Shown in pieces: positions 7,537 to 14,608 of a stretch of 14,608 bases of DNA (position 1 is its first letter; each line of letters begins with the position of its first letter). Source of the stretch: an uncultured bacterium (GTDB lineage: Bacteria > Abyssobacteria > SURF-5); assembly GCA_964607485.1 (NCBI GenBank), contig CAZSKP010000064.1, forward strand, positions 1-14,608. The letters run 5' to 3'. The position numbers were made by a program, and so were the translations under genes. The notes beneath the pieces were generated by a model. The model ran no database searches and was not told where the DNA came from. It saw only the letters and a program-made list of their open reading frames with translations.

Positions 7537-9681
7537 ATGGTGCAAGTACTCGACTATATCTGGCTGATTCCGTTGTTCCCCGCCGTCGGATTTGCCACGA
7601 TAGGACTGCTGGGCAGGAAGTTCTTCAAGGGCAAGACGGAGATAGTCCCCTCCGTTATCGGCTGCACGTCCGTTTTTCTTTCGTTCGCGTTGTCTTTGCT
7701 GTGTGTGCTCGCCCTTCGACATGTCGCGCCCAACGAAGACGGGGTGCGCGTGTTCACGCGCGAGGTCTTCACGTGGATAGACGTCGGCGCCTTCAAGGTC
7801 CCGTTCAAGCTCCAGCTCGACGCGCTGTCGTCGGTCATGATCCTCGTGGTCTCGGGCGTCGGCTTCCTGATCCACGTGTATTCGCACGGCTACATCCACG
7901 GAGATGAGGGCCAGTACAGGTTCTTCTCGTACATGAACCTGTTCACGTGCGCGATGCTCATCCTCGTTCTGGGCGGCAACTTTCTCTTGATGTTCATCGG
8001 ATGGGAGGGAGTGGGCCTGTGCTCGTACCTGCTCATCGGATTCTGGTTCGAGAAGGATTCGGCGGCTAACGCGGGCAAGAAGGCTTTCGTCGTCAACCGG
8101 GTCGGCGACTTCGGGTTCGCCATAGGGATGATGTTTATCTTCTCCGTGTTCGGCACGCTTGACTATCAGACGGTGTTCGCCGATGCACCCGAAAAGCTCG
8201 TTTTCGGCGGCGCCACCGTAACAGCTATCACAATGCTCCTTTTCGTCGGCGCGATGGGTAAGTCGGCTCAGATTCCGCTGTACGTGTGGCTGCCCGACGC
8301 GATGGAGGGCCCGACCCCCACCAGCGCGCTCATTCACGCCGCCACGATGGTCACTTCGGGTGTTTACATGGTATCGCGCTGCAACGTGCTTTACACGATG
8401 GCGCCCGCCAGTCTGCTCCTCGTCGGGGGTGTAGGAGCCGCCACGGCGTTTTTCTCCGCGACCATCGCCATGGCGCAGTACGACATCAAGAAAGTTCTGG
8501 CATATTCCACCGTCAGCCAGCTCGGGTACATGTTCCTCGCGTGCGGTGTGGCGGCATATGCGACCGGCATATTCCATCTCATGACACACGCCTTCTTCAA
8601 GGCGCTCCTGTTCCTTGGGGCCGGCAGTGTGATTCACGGGATGAGTGGCGACCAGGACATGCGCAACATGGGCGGGCTGTCCAAGTATATGAAGCATACG
8701 ACGTGGACGTTCTTGTTCGCCTTCCTTGCCATCTCGGGAATTCCGCCGTTCGCGGGCTTCTTCAGCAAGGACGAGATACTGGAGAAGGCGTTCGTGTACA
8801 GCTCGCCGGTGCTCGGACCGATGTGGGGCAAGCTCCTTTGGGCGGTGGGCTCCGCCGCCGCCTTCATGACCGCGTTCTACATGTCACGCCTTGTGTTTAT
8901 GACTTTCTTCGGCGAGTCCCGCGTATCGGACGAGGCCAAACACCATCTGCATGAATCTCCCCGCTCGATGACGTATCCGCTCATGGCCCTTGCCATCCTG
9001 TCGCTCGTCGGCGGATGGGCCGGCATTCCGGCTTCGCTCGGCGGTTCTCACCATTTTCGCGCTTTTCTAGAGCCGGTGGTCGAAAGGGGAGGGGGTGGCC
9101 ACGGAGCAAGTCATGCCGTGTCGGCTGTCCACCATGAAGCTGAAACGCTCGTCACCGAAGAGGAACTGGCTGTCGAAGACGTGGAGATAGGCGCCGAGCA
9201 TGCTGAGGCGCATTCGCGGTGGATGGAGATTCTCATGATGGCGGTATCGGTCCTGATCGGAGCTCTGGGAATCTCCCTTGGGTACTATATGTACATCAAG
9301 AATACGAATATCCCGCTTCTGGTTCAATTCAAGCTGCCCCGGCTCCACAGGACTCTTCTGAATAAATGGTACGTCGATGAGGTTTACAACTTCACTATTG
9401 TGGGCGGGACCAAGCAGTTCGCAAACCTGCTCTGTTGGTTCGACGCTCACATAATTGACGGTATCGTCAACGGGACCGCATTCATGGCGCGGGCGCTGAG
9501 CAGTGGCAGCATCCTTTTCGACGGTGGGATAATAGACGGCATCGTGAACCTCGTGGGCAGAATCATCGAGGTTGGCAGCGGCGTGCTCAAGCGGCTTCAG
9601 ACCGGATATGTTCAGAATTACGCGCTCGTGATGGCGATCGGAATATTTGTGCTCTTGAGCATTTACATACTTCTGAGGTGA
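7537..9681 (+). CDS. nuoL: NADH-quinone oxidoreductase subunit L, with His/acidic loop and extended lateral helix
   Basis: 714 aa; FIGWEGVGLCSYLLIGFW, KAFVVNRVGDFG, GKSAQIPLYVWLPDAMEGPTPTSALIHAATMV, DIKKVLAYSTVSQLGYM, FHLMTHAFFKALLFLGAGSVIH, C-terminal LQTGYVQNY. Confidence 0.97.
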   Translation: MVQVLDYIWLIPLFPAVGFATIGLLGRKFFKGKTEIVPSVIGCTSVFLSFALSLLCVLALRHVAPNEDGVRVFTREVFTWIDVGAFKVPFKLQLDALSSVMILVVSGVGFLIHVYSHGYIHGDEGQYRFFSYMNLFTCAMLILVLGGNFLLMFIGWEGVGLCSYLLIGFWFEKDSAANAGKKAFVVNRVGDFGFAIGMMFIFSVFGTLDYQTVFADAPEKLVFGGATVTAITMLLFVGAMGKSAQIPLYVWLPDAMEGPTPTSALIHAATMVTSGVYMVSRCNVLYTMAPASLLLVGGVGAATAFFSATIAMAQYDIKKVLAYSTVSQLGYMFLACGVAAYATGIFHLMTHAFFKALLFLGAGSVIHGMSGDQDMRNMGGLSKYMKHTTWTFLFAFLAISGIPPFAGFFSKDEILEKAFVYSSPVLGPMWGKLLWAVGSAAAFMTAFYMSRLVFMTFFGESRVSDEAKHHLHESPRSMTYPLMALAILSLVGGWAGIPASLGGSHHFRAFLEPVVERGGGGHGASHAVSAVHHEAETLVTEEELAVEDVEIGAEHAEAHSRWMEILMMAVSVLIGALGISLGYYMYIKNTNIPLLVQFKLPRLHRTLLNKWYVDEVYNFTIVGGTKQFANLLCWFDAHIIDGIVNGTAFMARALSSGSILFDGGIIDGIVNLVGRIIEVGSGVLKRLQTGYVQNYALVMAIGIFVLLSIYILLR
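9439..9594 (+). repeat. Degenerate 78-bp (26-aa) tandem duplication inside nuoL
   Basis: FDAHIIDGIVN... at 9439 and FDGGIIDGIVN... at 9517, exactly 78 bp apart; DNA ttcgacgctcacataattgacggtatcgtcaac versus ttcgacggtgggataatagacggcatcgtgaac. Confidence 0.88.
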
Positions 9682-9744
9682 ACGAAGGATGAGGGGACTG
9701 GTCGCATCGATCACGGAACCTTCCAGAGAAGGGAGAGTTGAGCG

Positions 9745-11559
<1,815 letters not shown>

Positions 11560-11568
11560 CGGAGTGGA

Positions 11569-13077
11569 ATGATGCAACTCCCGGCTATCGATTTTACATC
11601 TGTCTATCCCGAGGTGACCATTGCGTTGGTCGGGCTGCTCGTTCTGTCGGTTGACATATTCATCAAGCCGAAGCGCAAGACGTCGCTCGCCGTGATCGCT
11701 CTGGCAGGGTTGTTCCTGGCGATGCTGACCACGATGGCCATATGGGACAGAAACGAGACCAGCTTCAGCGGGATGGTCGCCGTGGATCCCTATGCTCAGT
11801 TCTTCAAGCTGATATTCATCCTGTCGGCCGCCTTCACCGTGCTCATGTCCCCTCGATACCTCGAGCTCTATAACATCAGCGTGGGCGAATTTTACGAATT
11901 GATACTGTTCTGCACGTTGGGAATGATGGTGATGGTGGCCGCAAACGACTTCGTCACCATCTACATCGGGCTCGAACTCATGGCCATCTCGATATACCTC
12001 ATGGCCGGATTCCAGAGGGAGAGCCCGCGCTCGTGCGAGGCGTCGATGAAATATTTTCTGCTGGGCGCCTTTGCCTCGGCGTTACTGCTCTACGGGATGT
12101 CTTTCTTCTACGGGATCACGGGCACGACCAATCTTCATGGCATCGCCCGGTACCTCGATTTCACGCAGAACATGCTCAACTCCAGGCTGATAACTCTCTC
12201 GCTGGTGCTGATGACCGTGGGATTCGCGTTCAAGATCGCCGCAGTGCCGTTTCACATGTGGACTCCCGACGTGTACGAAGGGGCGCCGACGCCGTTGACC
12301 GCGTTCATGTCGGTCGGCCCCAAGGTGGCCGCATTCGCCGTCATCATGCGCGTCTATATGACCGCCTTCGACACACTCGTTCCCGACTGGACGCAGCTGT
12401 TCTGGATGCTCTCGGTGCTTACGATGATCGTCGGCAACGTCGTCGCCGTCGCTCAGCAGAACATAAAGCGAATGCTCGCCTATTCGAGCATCGCGCATGC
12501 CGGTTACCTGCTCATAGGGATCGTGTCGGCCGGTTCGGCCACCGCGGTAACCAACAACGACGCCCTCGCCGCCTCGCTCACCTCCGAATCGATGATGAGC
12601 GTGATGGTGTACCTGTTCGCTTACATGTTCATGAACCTGGGGGCCTTTGCCGTCGTCATAGCGCTGGGGAAGGCCGGCGACCCGTGCGAGTCGCTCCAGG
12701 ATTACGCGGGCTTGGCCAAGCGCAGGCCGTTGACGGCGATGTTGATGGCGATACTCCTGTTCTCGCTCGCCGGCATACCGCCGACCTTTGGGTTTGTGGG
12801 CAAACTGTACATATTCAAGGCGGCGATACTGACCGACCACGTGCCGCTCGCCGTAATAGGCGTGCTCGCCAGCGTTGTGGCCGCCTATTATTACGTCCGG
12901 GTCATCGTGTACATGTACATGCGCGAGCCCGAGGGCGAGGCGCTGGTCGAGGGCGACGCGACCGGCTCGACCATGTACGCGGTCATAGCCAGCTCGATTT
13001 TCACACTCCTGTTCGGGATCGCTCCCGGCACGATAATCGGAATGGCTCGGTACACGATACAGCAAATGCTGTCATAG
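11569..13077 (+). CDS. nuoN: NADH-quinone oxidoreductase subunit N
   Basis: 502 aa (start 11569 or 11572, GGAG at 11561); GLELMAISIYLMAG, EASMKYFLLGA, FKIAAVPFHMWTPDVYEGAPTP, NIKRMLAYSSIAHAGY, SLAGIPPTFGFVGK, AYYYVRVI. Confidence 0.96.
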   Translation: MMQLPAIDFTSVYPEVTIALVGLLVLSVDIFIKPKRKTSLAVIALAGLFLAMLTTMAIWDRNETSFSGMVAVDPYAQFFKLIFILSAAFTVLMSPRYLELYNISVGEFYELILFCTLGMMVMVAANDFVTIYIGLELMAISIYLMAGFQRESPRSCEASMKYFLLGAFASALLLYGMSFFYGITGTTNLHGIARYLDFTQNMLNSRLITLSLVLMTVGFAFKIAAVPFHMWTPDVYEGAPTPLTAFMSVGPKVAAFAVIMRVYMTAFDTLVPDWTQLFWMLSVLTMIVGNVVAVAQQNIKRMLAYSSIAHAGYLLIGIVSAGSATAVTNNDALAASLTSESMMSVMVYLFAYMFMNLGAFAVVIALGKAGDPCESLQDYAGLAKRRPLTAMLMAILLFSLAGIPPTFGFVGKLYIFKAAILTDHVPLAVIGVLASVVAAYYYVRVIVYMYMREPEGEALVEGDATGSTMYAVIASSIFTLLFGIAPGTIIGMARYTIQQMLS

Positions 13078-13164
13078 GGCACAAGGTCTTTTTCATAACG
13101 TTGCGGATGAACTTGTCGCCGGTGGAAACAGGGACGCCTGATCGTTATGGACGGATGAAGTGCA

Positions 13165-13455
13165 GTGGCGTACCCCCGACGGACGAAACAGGTAGGCAGC
13201 TTCTCCAAGTTCTATTCGCTGGCCGTCGAGATGGCCATCGCCGTGATCGTTCCGATACTCATCGGACGATGGCTGGACGCGCGGACGGGCAAGGAGCCGT
13301 GGTTCACCATCATCGGCATGATTCTCGGAGGCGCAGCGGCCATTCGGTCGGCATACAGGACGCTCTCCGAGACGCTCGAGAGCGCGAAGAAGGACGAGGG
13401 CTCACCAGAGGAGAGCCCCGGCGAGGATTCTGAAACGGAAGAGTCGCAGAAGTGA
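13165..13455 (+). CDS. atpZ: AtpZ/AtpI-family (ATPase gene 1) small membrane protein
   Basis: 96 aa with two TM segments and the G-x-W-L-D..G..PWF motif (IGRWLDARTGKEPWFTIIGMILG), in the expected position upstream of atpB. Confidence 0.85.
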   Translation: MAYPRRTKQVGSFSKFYSLAVEMAIAVIVPILIGRWLDARTGKEPWFTIIGMILGGAAAIRSAYRTLSETLESAKKDEGSPEESPGEDSETEESQK

Positions 13456-13772
13456 TCACAATACCCACGATAGTCGGCGTGACGGTCGGCGTCATCATCG
13501 GCGCGATGGATTTTTCGCTGGCAAAGGCCGTGGCGTCCATGATTCGGCCCTCCAACGCCCGCGCCGCTCAGGCCGTCATAATGGCGGGATTCATGTTTCG
13601 GCTCGGCGTCATAGGGGTTCTGCTCTGGACGCTCTCGCGTGCGAACAACGTGAACTTCCTGGCGGCGTGCATCGGGCTGACCGGCACGTTCACCGTCCTC
13701 ACACTGGGGCACGCCCTCAGGTCGATTGCCGGCGTCGGTCGGGAACAGAAGCAAGTGTCCGATAGGAGGTAG
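13452..13772 (+). CDS. atpI: ATP synthase protein I-like membrane protein
   Basis: 106-aa hydrophobic ORF with a GTGA overlap with atpZ, an Arg in FMFRLGVI as is typical of this family, and located immediately before atpB. Assignment rests mostly on position. Confidence 0.7.
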   Translation: MITIPTIVGVTVGVIIGAMDFSLAKAVASMIRPSNARAAQAVIMAGFMFRLGVIGVLLWTLSRANNVNFLAACIGLTGTFTVLTLGHALRSIAGVGREQKQVSDRR

Positions 13773-13777
13773 TGACT

Positions 13778-14515
13778 TTGGAAATCAAGCACGAACATCT
13801 TCGCAATCTCACCGAGTGGGGGATATTCTCCATCAATAAGGCGGTCATATGGATGTTCATCGCCGGCTTTGTCGTCTTCCTCGTGATCTATCTGGCCGGT
13901 AAGAGATCCATGGTGCCGAAAAGATACCAGGGGTTCATGGAACTGATTCTGACACTCATCCGCGAAAAAATGGTGCTCGACACCATGGGGCATGAAGGGC
14001 TGCCCTTCTTTCCGTTCATTGCATCTCTGTTCTTCTTCGTATTCTTCTGCAATATAGTGGGCATATTCCCCCTGGGTCACTACGGGTTCACGGCCACGTC
14101 GAACATAAACGTGACGGGCTCCCTCACCGTACTGGTCTTTGCCGTCGTCGTAGTGACGGGTCTTCGGAAGAAAGGGATTGGAGGATACATCAAGAGCTTC
14201 GCACCCCACGGAGTGCCCGTCTGGCTGCTTCCGCTGATCTTCCCCGTCGAGGTAATCAGCCTTTTCGCCAAACATTTCGCCCTGGCCGTTCGTCTTTTTG
14301 CGAACATGCTTGCGGGCCACACCGTGATACTCGTGTTCGCCACCATGACGGCCGCGCTCCTGGGGGCCGGGCTGTGGGTCGTGCTCTTTCCGCTTCCTTT
14401 CGTCGGGGTCGTGTTAATGCTCATATTCGAGATATTCGTTGCTCTGATTCAGGCGTTCATCTTTGCGATACTCGCTGCGCTGTATATCGGCGATTCGCTT
14501 CGGGAACATCACTAA
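13778..14515 (+). CDS. atpB: F0F1 ATP synthase subunit a
   Basis: PKRYQGFME, FFPFIASLFFFVFFCN, TATSNINVT, PVEVIS...LAVRLFANMLAGH (essential Arg), FEIFVALIQAFIF. AGGAGG at 13764-13769 is best spaced for TTG 13778; GTG 13772 is the alternative. Confidence 0.96.
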   Translation: MEIKHEHLRNLTEWGIFSINKAVIWMFIAGFVVFLVIYLAGKRSMVPKRYQGFMELILTLIREKMVLDTMGHEGLPFFPFIASLFFFVFFCNIVGIFPLGHYGFTATSNINVTGSLTVLVFAVVVVTGLRKKGIGGYIKSFAPHGVPVWLLPLIFPVEVISLFAKHFALAVRLFANMLAGHTVILVFATMTAALLGAGLWVVLFPLPFVGVVLMLIFEIFVALIQAFIFAILAALYIGDSLREHH

Positions 14516-14560
14516 ACGTTTCGGGAACATTCGGCTGAATCAATCAAGGGAGGAAAAGAA

Positions 14561-14608
14561 ATGGATCTGACTGGACTTGGCGCGCTCGGCGCCGGCATAA
14601 GCATCGGC
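14561..14608 (+). CDS. atpE: F0F1 ATP synthase subunit c, N-terminal fragment truncated by the window edge
   Basis: Strong SD GGGAGG then ATG: MDLTGLGALGAGISIG, a Gly-rich first helix typical of subunit c, directly after atpB. Confidence 0.85.
   Translation, partial: MDLTGLGALGAGISIG

Noticed and set aside
14499-14530. 11-bp direct repeat TTCGGGAACAT spanning the atpB stop
   Set aside because: Only two copies 21 bp apart; compatible with a small local duplication or chance; no array or mobile-element context.
13165-14608. N-ATPase operon
   Set aside because: N-ATPase order has atpD and atpC before atpQ/R/B/E; here nuoN is upstream. Ion specificity cannot be read from the truncated c subunit.

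Overview
GC-rich bacterial chromosomal window with two divergent units, each behind a near-consensus sigma70-type promoter with an extended -10. Left (minus strand): an ECF sigma factor, an unusual membrane-anchored anti-sigma candidate (two HxxxCxxC zinc fingers, a double zinc ribbon and a C-terminal TM hairpin) and the first 7 codons of a further gene. Right (plus strand): a tightly packed energy-conservation cluster encoding an SfrB-like NADPH flavoprotein (NuoF Fe-S domain fused to a GltD-type domain), an SfrA/NuoG-like Fe-S protein without a Mo/W ligand, then nuoJ-K-L-M-N, then atpZ-atpI-atpB-atpE of an F-type ATP synthase. nuoA, B, C, D, E, H and I are absent from the unit. NuoL carries an exact 26-aa tandem duplication in its lateral helix, the hallmark of four-pump '2M' complex I, although only one nuoM is present. 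NuoM has a C-terminal (V-x-x-x-G-H-P-x) repeat tail. The ~150-nt leader can sequester the first ribosome-binding site. Best candidate system: an NADPH-linked, split complex I variant apparently co-transcribed with ATP synthase. All family assignments are from motif recognition, not database searches.
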